Positions 31,930-40,987 of a stretch of DNA of 49,068 bases are shown here, in pieces. Position numbers and translations under genes: made by a program. Each line of letters begins with the position of its first letter. Position 1 is the first letter of the stretch. The notes beneath the pieces were generated by a model. It was not told where the DNA came from. It was given only the letters and a program-made list of their open reading frames with translations, and did no database searches. This DNA is from an uncultured Moraxella sp. (GTDB lineage Bacteria; Pseudomonadota; Gammaproteobacteria; Pseudomonadales; Moraxellaceae), in assembly GCA_937975585.1 (NCBI GenBank), contig CALJUC010000037.1:1-49068 (forward strand), given 5' to 3'.

Positions 31930-32763
31930 ATGACCTTATTTACCACGCTACAAAACCTTGTCCCTCAGCAAAAACTTAGCGAAGTGGCGGGCAGGCTAGC
32001 CCAAAGCCGTCATCCGGTGGTCAAAAAAATGTTTATCCGTGGCTTTGCCAGTGCGTATGGGATTAAGCTAGACGAGTACGCGCGTGGTAGCTTGTCGCAA
32101 TATGAAAGTTTTAATGACTTTTTTACCCGCGAATTAAAACCCGATGCGCGTCCGATTGATCAAAATGCCGATAATATTGTGTGCCCGGCGGATGGGATGG
32201 TTTCACAAATCGGTCAAATCAGCCAAGGCAAAATGCTGCAGGCCAAAGGTCGTTATTATGAAGTCGGGCAGTTATTGGCCGACCATGAGTTAGGTAAGAC
32301 GATGACCGATGGTAGCTTTGCCACGATTTACTTGGCGCCAACCAATTACCACCGTGTGCATATGCCATTTTCGGGTACCTTGGTAGAAACGATTTATGTA
32401 CCAGGTCAGTTGTTTTCGGTTAATAATGAAACCGCCGACAATGTGCCGGATTTGTTTGCGCGTAATGAACGCTGTGTGTGCGTGTTTGATACCGAATTTG
32501 GCAAGGCCTGTGTGGTACTAGTCGGTGCGATGATTGTGGCAGGGATTGAAACCGTAGCCACCGGCAAAATCAAACGTAGCGCAACAATTCAACGTAGAAC
32601 CCATGATTTGCCACTGCAAAAAGGTGATGAGTTGGGACGTTTTTACTTAGGCTCGACGGCGATTGTGGTAATGCCAAAACAAGCGGGTACCGCTTGGGCG
32701 CCGGGTATGGAGCATGGTGCTGTCGTCCAAATGGGGCAAACCATGGGCACGTTTATGAAATAA
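31930..32763 (+). CDS. psd: Phosphatidylserine decarboxylase proenzyme
   Basis: SFNDFFTREL, YLAPTNYHRVHMP, self-cleavage motif LGST. Confidence 0.96.
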   Translation: MTLFTTLQNLVPQQKLSEVAGRLAQSRHPVVKKMFIRGFASAYGIKLDEYARGSLSQYESFNDFFTRELKPDARPIDQNADNIVCPADGMVSQIGQISQGKMLQAKGRYYEVGQLLADHELGKTMTDGSFATIYLAPTNYHRVHMPFSGTLVETIYVPGQLFSVNNETADNVPDLFARNERCVCVFDTEFGKACVVLVGAMIVAGIETVATGKIKRSATIQRRTHDLPLQKGDELGRFYLGSTAIVVMPKQAGTAWAPGMEHGAVVQMGQTMGTFMK

Positions 32764-32819
32764 GTAGCGCAAGTTGCCTCTAACGTTTTTTATTCGTTTA
32801 CACGCCAAATTCGTTCAAC

Positions 32820-32851
32820 ACCCAGTAGGGCAGTCGCTCACTGGGTTTTTT
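32820..32851 (+). terminator. Intrinsic terminator after psd
   Basis: ACCCAGT...ACTGGGT plus a T tract. Confidence 0.7.
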
Positions 32852-32880
32852 GTCGACAGTCACTTTGTTGACAGTTACTT
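32851..32880. repeat. 15-bp tandem direct repeat
   Basis: TGTCGACAGTCACTT followed by TGTTGACAGTTACTT (13/15 identical). Confidence 0.7.
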
Positions 32881-32985
32881 GGATGAGTAAACATAGGTAA
32901 CTGCAAAACGTCACCATTTTTGCCTTGTATTTTTTTGCACTTACTTTAAGCTAACCAGCAATATTGTTATTGTTTAAGTTTTTTT

Positions 32986-34296
32986 ATGAAATTAGCAACA
33001 TCTACAACAACAGCTGAACAAACATCTACTGAGAATCAGCCAGTTGACCCGCGTATTGACCATAAAGACGGTCATCAAGGTAACCATCACGATAACGAGC
33101 ATTACCCAACGGGTTGGATTATGTTGTTGGGGTTAATTATCGCCGTTGGCCCATTGACCATCGATATGTATTTGCCCGCGCTGCCAAGTATGGCCAAAGA
33201 CTTTGGCGTGGCGACGAGCTTTATTGCTAACTCAGTACCGGCTTATTTTGTGGGTTTGGTGGTTGGGCAATTGTTTTATGGCCCGCTGTCGGATCGGATT
33301 GGGCGGATTAAGCCGTTGTATTTTGGCATGGTGGTATATGTGATTGCCTCAATCATTTGTGCGACCACCGATAATGCGTATGTATTGTTTGCGGCACGTA
33401 CGGTACAAGCATTGGGCGCCTGTGTTGGCACCGTGGTAACGCGTGCAATGGTGCGTGACCGACTGCACCCGAAACAAATGGCAAAGGCATTTTCACTCAT
33501 GGTGTTGGTGATGGGTATTGCGCCAATCTTGGCACCGTCAATGGGTGCCTTGCTGCTTAAGTTTATCGATTGGCGGGTGATTTTTTGGTTTTTGGCAGGG
33601 TTTGGTGTGCTAAATATTATCCTCACTAAGCTGTTTTTACATGAAACGTTAGCGCCAGAAAATCGCAATGCGCGTCCGATTAATCAGTTATTGGGGCAGT
33701 ATTGGAACTTGCTAAAAGATGTCCGTTTTAATTATCCGGCGGTGGGGGCAGGGCTATTGATGGGCTCAATGTTCGTGTATATCAGCGCAGCGCCTGAGCT
33801 GATTATGGAAGCGTATGGGGTCACACCGGAGCATTTTAGTTGGATTTTTGGTATGAATGCAGCGGGCTTTATTGGGTTAACCCAAGTCAATCAATGGTTG
33901 GTCAATCGCTATCGGTTAGTCAGTCTATTACGTATTGGCGCACTGGTACAAGTGGTCGCAGCTGGGGTTTTGATGACGTTAGGATTGCTATTTGGTATCC
34001 AAGCTTGGTTGCCTTTGGTGTTGGCGTGTATTTTTTGCTGTATCGCAGGCTTGGGTCTCACCCAACCCAACGCGGGCGCGATTGCCTTGGCTTTTCAAAA
34101 GAAACAAGCCGGTACGGCAAGTGCGTTGCAAGGCTCGCTGAATTTTGCCGTCGGGATTTTTGGTGGGTTATTATTAAATCTGTTTCCGTTTAACGCAGTG
34201 GCCAAGTTGGGTTTGACCATGTTTATCTTGATGGCAATCGGCTGTTGGCTTGTGTTCCAGATTGATAAAAACCTAGACCTTGCGAATGTCGATTAA
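32986..34296 (+). CDS. Bcr/CflA-family MFS efflux transporter
   Basis: IDMYLPALP, GQLFYGPLSDRIGR, APILAP; about 12 hydrophobic segments. Confidence 0.92.
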   Translation: MKLATSTTTAEQTSTENQPVDPRIDHKDGHQGNHHDNEHYPTGWIMLLGLIIAVGPLTIDMYLPALPSMAKDFGVATSFIANSVPAYFVGLVVGQLFYGPLSDRIGRIKPLYFGMVVYVIASIICATTDNAYVLFAARTVQALGACVGTVVTRAMVRDRLHPKQMAKAFSLMVLVMGIAPILAPSMGALLLKFIDWRVIFWFLAGFGVLNIILTKLFLHETLAPENRNARPINQLLGQYWNLLKDVRFNYPAVGAGLLMGSMFVYISAAPELIMEAYGVTPEHFSWIFGMNAAGFIGLTQVNQWLVNRYRLVSLLRIGALVQVVAAGVLMTLGLLFGIQAWLPLVLACIFCCIAGLGLTQPNAGAIALAFQKKQAGTASALQGSLNFAVGIFGGLLLNLFPFNAVAKLGLTMFILMAIGCWLVFQIDKNLDLANVD

Positions 34297-34310
34297 CGCG
34301 CTCGACATAC

Positions 34311-35132
34311 TTAGTCAAAGCGATAAATATCCATGCCCAAGCTGTAATGGGCATAGCTTTCATGGACCACATTCATTTGGCTACCCGCACCCGCAGCAAA
34401 GTACAATGGTAATAAATGCTCAGGCGTTGGATGGCTATGTTTGGCAAAACGCTGCTGCGACCAATCAAGCGCGCTTGGCATATCGGTTTTGAGTTGATGA
34501 ATCAGCCAGTATTTAAATTCATTGGCTTGTGGCTCAATATCGGTGCTGTTAAAGCGCACCGTGGCTAAATTATGGGTGACGCTACCCGAACCAATAATCA
34601 ACACCTGTTGTTGGCGCAATGGCGCAAATAGCGCGCCCAACTGGTAACACGCATAACTATCAAAATTAAACGGCAAGGATACCTGGACAATCGGAATATC
34701 AGCGGTTGGGTACATATGCATGAGTGGTGTCCACACGCCATGATCAAACGGGCGCAAGGTATTAAGTGTCGCAGTTATTCCCAGTGCTTGTAGTTGATGC
34801 GCTAAGGCGTCAGCGACCTCCGGTGCGCCATGCGCGGGATAATCAATCGTATATAGTTCACGCGGAAAACCTGAAAAATCATGCCAAGTATCGGGCGCCG
34901 GATTGGCATTCAATTCTAACTGTTGGCTTTGCCAGTGTGCTGACAGGATAATAATCAATTTGGGCAGTGGCAGGTTTTGCCCAATTTTATTCAGCGCTTG
35001 GGTCATACTGTTATTTTCAAGCGCGATGGTTGGTGCGCCATGCGAAATAAATAAGCTAGGCAAGGTTGCGACTGGGCTCGGACTCGTAGCCAGTACGCCT
35101 TGTAAGGTCAAACGATTAGAGGTGGCTGTCAT
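34311..35132 (-). CDS. ygiD: LigB-type/DODA extradiol dioxygenase (YgiD family)
   Basis: FISHGAP, SAHW, HDFSGFP, DHGVWTPL, GSGSVTHNL, HPTPEHLLPL. Start placed at ATG 35132 with an AAGGA RBS. Confidence 0.9.
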   Translation of the reverse strand: MTATSNRLTLQGVLATSPSPVATLPSLFISHGAPTIALENNSMTQALNKIGQNLPLPKLIIILSAHWQSQQLELNANPAPDTWHDFSGFPRELYTIDYPAHGAPEVADALAHQLQALGITATLNTLRPFDHGVWTPLMHMYPTADIPIVQVSLPFNFDSYACYQLGALFAPLRQQQVLIIGSGSVTHNLATVRFNSTDIEPQANEFKYWLIHQLKTDMPSALDWSQQRFAKHSHPTPEHLLPLYFAAGAGSQMNVVHESYAHYSLGMDIYRFD

Positions 35133-35435
35133 TGAGATGTCCTTGACGGTAAATACCCAGTCATGCTGTGGTTCGAATAGGTGTGTAGAAGAATAGCATT
35201 GACGCAAATCCAGTATTTTTGTGATTAGTCATACTAAAACTGATGCGCCTAACCTACATAAGCCGTCTATATATCAGTAAATTATCCAATATAATGGGGA
35301 TAACTGCGTGACAATACAATTTTAATCAAGATGACAACGCCTAACGACAACGTCTAATGTCTAGGCTTATGCTTACGCCTTATGAAACGACAGCCAATCT
35401 GCGCTTTTGCCTAGAAAATTCATTATCAATAGCGA

Positions 35436-35930
35436 TTAGAAATAATCGCCACGATGATACGGATGGTGATTGATAATCGTCATAGCGCGATAAAGCTGCT
35501 CCATCAACACCACACGCACCAGTGGGTGTGGTAGGGTCAAATTTGACAGTGACCACTTAAAATGCGCCGCTGCCAAGACGTCTTTGGAAAGACCATCTGC
35601 GCCACCAATCACAAACGCCATATCATCGCCCAATTGCATGGCTTCACCGATTTTATCCGCTAACTGCTCGGTTGAAAGATTTTTTCCACGCACATCTAGG
35701 CAAATGAGCTGTTCACGTTTGGCGGCTTGGTGTGCTTGTAAAATTAACCCACCCTCGGTAATGGCGTATTTTTCGAGTTCAGCGGGCGAGGGGTTTTTGG
35801 CGCGTTTGCTTGCAGCAATCTCGACCACATCGGTGGTGAGCATCGGCTGAATGCGTTTATGATAGTCATCAAAACCGGTCTGTACCCAAGCTGGCATCTT
35901 TTGACCCACCGCTAAAATTCTGGCTTTCAT
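35436..35930 (-). CDS. rlmH: 23S rRNA pseudouridine1915 N3-methyltransferase
   Basis: VGQKMPAWV, IGGADGL, LTLPHPLVRVVLMEQLYRA, HPYHR. Confidence 0.97.
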   Translation of the reverse strand: MKARILAVGQKMPAWVQTGFDDYHKRIQPMLTTDVVEIAASKRAKNPSPAELEKYAITEGGLILQAHQAAKREQLICLDVRGKNLSTEQLADKIGEAMQLGDDMAFVIGGADGLSKDVLAAAHFKWSLSNLTLPHPLVRVVLMEQLYRAMTIINHHPYHRGDYF

Positions 35931-36160
35931 CAAGGCTTACCCATACGATTAAAACACGGATTTTAGCATGATTTGGCTCAGGCTTGCTCTCAGTTGCTAA
36001 ACAGGCTGTAAACGTCTGTAGCAATCAATAGGATTGGCATGAAAGATTATTCACAAAATTTAGCGGTAAATTAGTAAAAAACTCGCTACCATAGAGAAAT
36101 GACTAAATAAAATTGTATCTATTAAACCATTAACACCATTGTATTAGGGTCAATATCACC

Positions 36161-36688
36161 ATGCGCCAATGCCACCACAACCATAAAAAAACCGGCAAAC
36201 AGCAAAAAGCTACCAAGCCCAAACGCCACACACTGCGTAACATTGTTGGGCTAAGTGTGGTTGGGGGTACTGCTGCGGTTGGGGCAACGGTTGCTGGCAT
36301 TTGGGGCGGTTGGCAATATGTAAAGGCTGAGGCAAAAAATCGCCGTCGTCACACGCCCGCGTTTAACAAACTGGTCACCGCCAATACCTATTGTGGTACG
36401 GTACATAAAGATGGCGAACGATTTACCCTGACCACGGCAGGCGGGACGTATCACATCGTTGACCCATTAGCCGTGATTGATAAAATTGCCCACGCGCAAC
36501 TTGAAAAAGCCAAACATGATAAAACCCAACACAAGCCCCAAGTATCACGTTATCAGCCAAATGACCGACCCAGCGCGTATTATGATGTGCCTGTGTGTGT
36601 CGTCGGTGAGCTTAGCCAAAAAGGTCGCTATGGGTATTTGGGGCAGCAAGATTATCAACTAACGGTTGTTGAAGCCGCAGATATGTAA
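36161..36688 (+). CDS. Hypothetical membrane-anchored protein
   Basis: 175-aa ORF with a His/Lys-rich N-terminus, one Gly/Ala/Val TM segment and a C-terminal GRYGYLG motif. Confidence 0.7.
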   Translation: MRQCHHNHKKTGKQQKATKPKRHTLRNIVGLSVVGGTAAVGATVAGIWGGWQYVKAEAKNRRRHTPAFNKLVTANTYCGTVHKDGERFTLTTAGGTYHIVDPLAVIDKIAHAQLEKAKHDKTQHKPQVSRYQPNDRPSAYYDVPVCVVGELSQKGRYGYLGQQDYQLTVVEAADM

Positions 36689-36773
36689 TACCATTTTTGA
36701 TAAACCCTGTGATATAACTAGATAGATAATATGCCATCACGATAACAATACAACATCATCAAAGGAGTTGACG

Positions 36774-37349
36774 ATGACCATTAAATATAGCGCCCGACCT
36801 TACCGGATTGAACGTGCTGACTGCCAAGCCCTACTCATCGATATTCAACAGCGTTTGGCACCACATATCCATGACAATGACCATATCATTCGCCGCGCTA
36901 AGATATTGGTGCAAGGGTTACAAGCGCTGAATGTGCCCATTATGCTCAATGAACAATACCCCAAAGGCTTGGGAACAACAGTGCCTGACGTCATGGAGGT
37001 GCTATCACCCAATAATCAACAGGTCTTTGAAAAAATGAGCTTTAGCGCGTGTGACACGGCCGAATCATGGAAGCATATCGCCAGTCAAAACCGTAATACC
37101 GTACTGGTATTTGGCACCGAAACCCATGTCTGTGTCCTACAAACGGTGCTAGACTTACTGGATAATGGTATGCAGCCCGTTGTTATCGCTGATGCCGTCG
37201 GGTCACGCGACCCCTATGATAAAAAAATTGCCATTCGACGTATGCGTCGTGCCGGTGCTGTGATTACCACCACCGAGGCGATTTTATTTGAGCTGTGCCG
37301 CCGCGCTGACGATACGGCATTTAAGACAATTTCTAATTTGGTAAAATAA
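36774..37349 (+). CDS. Isochorismatase-family cysteine hydrolase (YcaC/ISOC-like)
   Basis: LLIDIQ (Asp), EKMSFS (Lys), ETHVCVLQT (Cys), EQYPKGLG; AGGAG RBS before ATG 36774. Confidence 0.9.
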   Translation: MTIKYSARPYRIERADCQALLIDIQQRLAPHIHDNDHIIRRAKILVQGLQALNVPIMLNEQYPKGLGTTVPDVMEVLSPNNQQVFEKMSFSACDTAESWKHIASQNRNTVLVFGTETHVCVLQTVLDLLDNGMQPVVIADAVGSRDPYDKKIAIRRMRRAGAVITTTEAILFELCRRADDTAFKTISNLVK

Positions 37350-37933
37350 TGCAACCACTGATTGATTATCTGTTGGCGATTGATGGGTTAAAACACGTCA
37401 ATCGTCGTAATTACATCACGCCAGACCCAACCACTCAAACGCAACGTTTAGAAAACTCGGCCGAACATTCATGGCACCTAGCGATGGCGTGCTGGGCGGT
37501 TGCCGATTACTTTAAGTTGTCAGTCGACCAAGCCAAATTATTAAAGATGGCATTGGTACATGACTTGGGCGAAATCGATGCGGGTGATACCTTTTTGTAC
37601 GATAGCCAACGCAGTCAAGCACACATCAACGAGCGTGTCGGGGTGGAGCGTCTGGCCAAGTTATCAAGCCACGAAGCTGAGTTGCTACAAATGTGGGACG
37701 AGCAAGAAACAGGCCATAGCCCTGAAACCAAACTGCTCAAGGTCGTGGATAGAATACTGCCCTTTATGCTCAATATGATTAGCGAAGGTGGGGCGTGGCG
37801 CGATCACCATATCAAGCGCTCACAAGTCGCGGCGGCAATGGCATTTATCAATCAGGACTTTCCCCAGATTCATGATTGGCTAGTGGCACAGATGGATATT
37901 GCCGTTGCTAATGGTTGGCTACGAGAAGGCTAA
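37349..37933 (+). CDS. HD-domain phosphohydrolase (YfbR/HDDC2-like)
   Basis: ENSAEHSWHLA, LVHDLGEIDAGD, VDRILP; start overlaps the upstream stop (TAATG). Confidence 0.9.
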   Translation: MQPLIDYLLAIDGLKHVNRRNYITPDPTTQTQRLENSAEHSWHLAMACWAVADYFKLSVDQAKLLKMALVHDLGEIDAGDTFLYDSQRSQAHINERVGVERLAKLSSHEAELLQMWDEQETGHSPETKLLKVVDRILPFMLNMISEGGAWRDHHIKRSQVAAAMAFINQDFPQIHDWLVAQMDIAVANGWLREG

Positions 37934-37945
37934 GTAAAAGGCTAG

Positions 37946-38506
37946 GTGAAGGTCATGTTAAAACGCGTCCTTGTTGGATTATTCATCACAGTTTGTGGGA
38001 TAGCAATGGCGCAAGCCCAAGACTATCAACTTGACCCCATCACGACCCAATGCTATCTATTTAGCCATAACCAACTACAACAAAACGTTAATTGTCAGAT
38101 GACCGGCAAAGCAAATACCGGTAAAGTATGGTCAAAGCGTCAAGAGTTTGTGTTATCAACTGGCCAGCTATCAAGCGACCAACAACGCGAACCGCTCATT
38201 CATACCTTATTAAAAACCAGCAAACGTAAATATCTTGCAAAAAACGATAAGATTCTTATGCCGATAACGCCTGATGGCAATAAGGCGGACGATGTCATTG
38301 ATATTGCCACACTAAACGGCAAGCCTGCAATACGACAAAACCGTTGGCTCAAAAACTCCCAAGTCATGACTGACGATGAGTTTTGGGGTGAATATTCTGA
38401 GCTAACGTCTGATAAACTGACCGATAGATTGGCGTGCTTACAAACCGAAGATAACAGCTTTGAGCTGTGTACACCGTATGCAGATAATGATTTTCGCACA
38501 GATTAG
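37946..38506 (+). CDS. Hypothetical exported protein
   Basis: Signal-peptide-like N-terminus ending AQA|Q; four Cys in the mature part. Start is GTG 37946 or ATG 37955. Confidence 0.7.
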   Translation: MKVMLKRVLVGLFITVCGIAMAQAQDYQLDPITTQCYLFSHNQLQQNVNCQMTGKANTGKVWSKRQEFVLSTGQLSSDQQREPLIHTLLKTSKRKYLAKNDKILMPITPDGNKADDVIDIATLNGKPAIRQNRWLKNSQVMTDDEFWGEYSELTSDKLTDRLACLQTEDNSFELCTPYADNDFRTD

Positions 38507-38532
38507 CAGTTTAAATGGTTTTATCAGATGAT

Positions 38533-38565
38533 AAAAAAACGTGCAAAGCAACTTGCACGTTTTTT
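38533..38565. terminator. Bidirectional intrinsic terminator
   Basis: AAAAAAACGTGCAA-AGCAAC-TTGCACGTTTTTT between convergent genes. Confidence 0.88.
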
Positions 38566-38601
38566 ATTTAACTCAAAACATTACTCTCAGCATGTTAGCT
38601 A

Positions 38602-39870
38602 TTAGCTGATTTTGGGCGCTTGGTTTTCGTCAATCACTGCCGCATCGACAACCACAGTTTTGCGACCTTCGATGGATGGCAACTCATACATGGTATCAAG
38701 TAGCGCATTTTCGACGATTGAGCGTAAACCACGCGCACCGGTTTTGCGGTTTAAGGCTTGTTTGGCAATCGCGACTAACGCGTCTTGGTCAAACTCAAGC
38801 TTGGCATCTTCCATCTCAAACAAGTATTCATATTGCTTGATTAACGCATTTTTTGGCTCGGTTAGGATTTGAATCAGCGCAGCTTCATCCAATTCTTCCA
38901 AAGTTGCAACCACGGGTAGACGACCAATCAACTCAGGAATTAGGCCAAATTTAATCAAGTCTGATGGCTCAACTTGTTGGAATAACTCACCGATTTTTTT
39001 GTTGTTGTCTTTGGCTTTGACATCCGCGTTAAAGCCGATACCGGTCTTTTCGGTACGCTGTTGAATAACTTTATCAAGGCCCGCGAATGCACCACCACAG
39101 ATGATAAGGATATTACTGGTATCGACTTGAATCATCTCTTGGCTTGGGTGCTTACGACCACCTTGTGGTGGCACATTGGCAACTGTGCCTTCAATCAATT
39201 TTAGTAGGGCTTGTTGTACGCCTTCGCCTGATACATCGCGAGTGATTGAGGGATTTTCGCTTTTGCGGCTGATTTTATCGATTTCATCGATATAGATAAT
39301 ACCTTTTTGGGTTTTTTCGATATCGTATTCGGCAGCTTGTAGTAGCTTTAAGACGATATTCTCAACGTCTTCACCGACATAACCTGCTTCAGTTAAGGTG
39401 GTCGCATCAGCGATGGCAAACGGTACATCCAATACCCGCGCCAAGGTTTGCGCCAATAAGGTCTTACCCGAGCCAGTCGGGCCAATCAGTAAGATATTAC
39501 TCTTTGATAGCTCAACCATGGCATTGTCGCTGCCATCTTTGACTAGTTTTGGCTGGCTGTGCATTTTGGCCGCGACTTTTAAGCGTTTGTAATGGTTGTA
39601 TACCGCAACGGCTAAGGTCTTTTTGGCGCGATCTTGACCGATGACATAGTCGTCTAGATGCTCACGCAATTCTTTTGGTGTCGGCAGACGACGTGCTAAC
39701 CAATCTTCGCTACCGACTTGTTGGTCGCTGCTACTGGTGTCGTCCAATAAGTCTTCGCACAATTCAATACATTCGTTACAGATATTGGCATCTTGGCCAG
39801 CAATCAGTTTTTTTACTTCGTGTTTGGCTTTGCCACAAAAAGAGCAGTGCGCCTCGAGTTCTTTTTTCAT
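38602..39870 (-). CDS. clpX: ATP-dependent Clp protease ATP-binding subunit
   Basis: CSFCGK zinc domain, [18 protein letters not shown] loop, TGARGLRSI. Confidence 0.98.
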   Translation of the reverse strand: MKKELEAHCSFCGKAKHEVKKLIAGQDANICNECIELCEDLLDDTSSSDQQVGSEDWLARRLPTPKELREHLDDYVIGQDRAKKTLAVAVYNHYKRLKVAAKMHSQPKLVKDGSDNAMVELSKSNILLIGPTGSGKTLLAQTLARVLDVPFAIADATTLTEAGYVGEDVENIVLKLLQAAEYDIEKTQKGIIYIDEIDKISRKSENPSITRDVSGEGVQQALLKLIEGTVANVPPQGGRKHPSQEMIQVDTSNILIICGGAFAGLDKVIQQRTEKTGIGFNADVKAKDNNKKIGELFQQVEPSDLIKFGLIPELIGRLPVVATLEELDEAALIQILTEPKNALIKQYEYLFEMEDAKLEFDQDALVAIAKQALNRKTGARGLRSIVENALLDTMYELPSIEGRKTVVVDAAVIDENQAPKIS

Positions 39871-40023
39871 CGGTTCACTCTATTGTTTAGACCGTTCATG
39901 ATAAGTAGTGCTTGTTAACTAAGCGGTATGTTATCTACAACATCAATTATGTTTGTTGTGCAAACAACACCCAAATTAACAATGGGCTAGATAAATGTAT
40001 CTAACCCGTATTCGGTATCTTGA

Positions 40024-40698
40024 TTATTCAGCGGTTGGGCGTTTGGTCAATACTTCATCGACCAAGCCATAGGCTTTGGCTTCTTCAGCATCTAACCAAT
40101 AATCACGTTCAACGTCACGTGCGATTTTCTCAAGTGGTTGACCAGTACGTTCTGCCAAGATTTTATTCAAGCGTTCACGGATTTTTAGGATTTCGCGCGC
40201 ATTGATTTCGATATCGGTGGCTTGACCTTGCGCACCGCCTGATGGTTGGTGAATCATCACACGTGCGTTGGCAAGCGCGTAACGTTTACCTTTTTCACCC
40301 GCAGCTAGCAAGAATGAGCCCATACTATATGCGCCACCCATACAGATCGTTGATACGTCTGGTTGGATAAAGTTCATGGTATCGTATACCGCAAGACCGG
40401 CACTGACCGATCCGCCCGGTGAGTTGATATACAAATGGATGTCTTTTTCTGGGTTTTCTGCTTCCAAAAATAGCAACTGTGCCACAATCAAGTTTGCCAT
40501 ATGGTCTTCAACTTGGCCGGTCAAAAACACCACACGCTCACGCAATAGACGAGAGTAGATGTCAAATGAGCGCTCACCGCGTGATGACTGCTCGACCACC
40601 ATAGGTACTAAGGCTGATTGTGGTGTAGTTAAACCACGAGTCACCGTGTTTTGCACAGCGCTAGTGGCAAATGGCGAGTCTAAAAATTTTTCTAACAT
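40024..40698 (-). CDS. clpP: ATP-dependent Clp protease proteolytic subunit
   Basis: [31 protein letters not shown]. Start placed at ATG 40698 with a TAAGGA RBS. Confidence 0.97.
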   Translation of the reverse strand: MLEKFLDSPFATSAVQNTVTRGLTTPQSALVPMVVEQSSRGERSFDIYSRLLRERVVFLTGQVEDHMANLIVAQLLFLEAENPEKDIHLYINSPGGSVSAGLAVYDTMNFIQPDVSTICMGGAYSMGSFLLAAGEKGKRYALANARVMIHQPSGGAQGQATDIEINAREILKIRERLNKILAERTGQPLEKIARDVERDYWLDAEEAKAYGLVDEVLTKRPTAE

Positions 40699-40728
40699 AG
40701 TTATCCTTATTAGTACATATTCCGACTT

Positions 40729-40831
40729 TACCTTTCCCAAAAAAATACACTATCTTTTTCAAACTCGCTTACTGTACTACTTGTACTATCTTCGTTCGTT
40801 TTCCTTGATATTGTAATTTTTGGGTTTGGTA
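40729..40831. mobile_element. Correia-core element, copy B (103 bp) with different inverted arms
   Basis: Core 40759-40807 is 43/49 identical to 31781-31829. Arms TACCTTTCCCAAAAAAATACACTATC and GATATTGTAATTTTTGGGTTTGGTA form an imperfect inverted repeat ending in TA. Confidence 0.75.
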
Positions 40832-40877
40832 TTAGATAAAAGTTCTCAAGCACATAATTTAGCCAGCGTTAAGACGC

Positions 40878-40902
40878 AAAAGCCCTTATCTAATATAAGG
40901 GC
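40878..40902 (-). terminator. Terminator-like hairpin after tig
   Basis: Minus strand reads GCCCTTAT-ATTAG-ATAAGGGC-TTTT. Confidence 0.55.
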
Positions 40903-40920
40903 AGTGCAGTTAAAAACAAG
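40892..40920 (-). promoter_or_regulatory. Candidate sigma32 (RpoH) promoter for clpPX
   Basis: Minus strand reads CTTGTT-13 bp-CCCTTATATT, versus consensus CTTGAA-N13-15-CCCCATNT; clpPX is a known heat-shock target. Confidence 0.5.
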
Positions 40921-40987
40921 TTGGTTAGCGCTAGCAGCCACGAAAAAACCGATAACAACCGCAACTGCGCTTAAAGTGTTAAGACGC

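Noticed and set aside
35292-35320. Sigma32-like motif (ATTGTA...CCCCAT, minus strand) upstream of ygiD
   Set aside because: The -35 match is poor and it lies ~160 bp from the start codon; evidence is insufficient.
35331-35385. Degenerate tandem repeats (ATGACAACGCCTA/ACGACAACGTCTA) as a Pho box or CRISPR remnant
   Set aside because: The 13-bp period does not fit the 11-bp Pho periodicity, and there are no spacers or cas genes.
40699-40740. N-terminal extension of ClpP suggested by the ORF track
   Set aside because: It starts at a TTG inside the repeat element, while ATG 40698 has a clear RBS.
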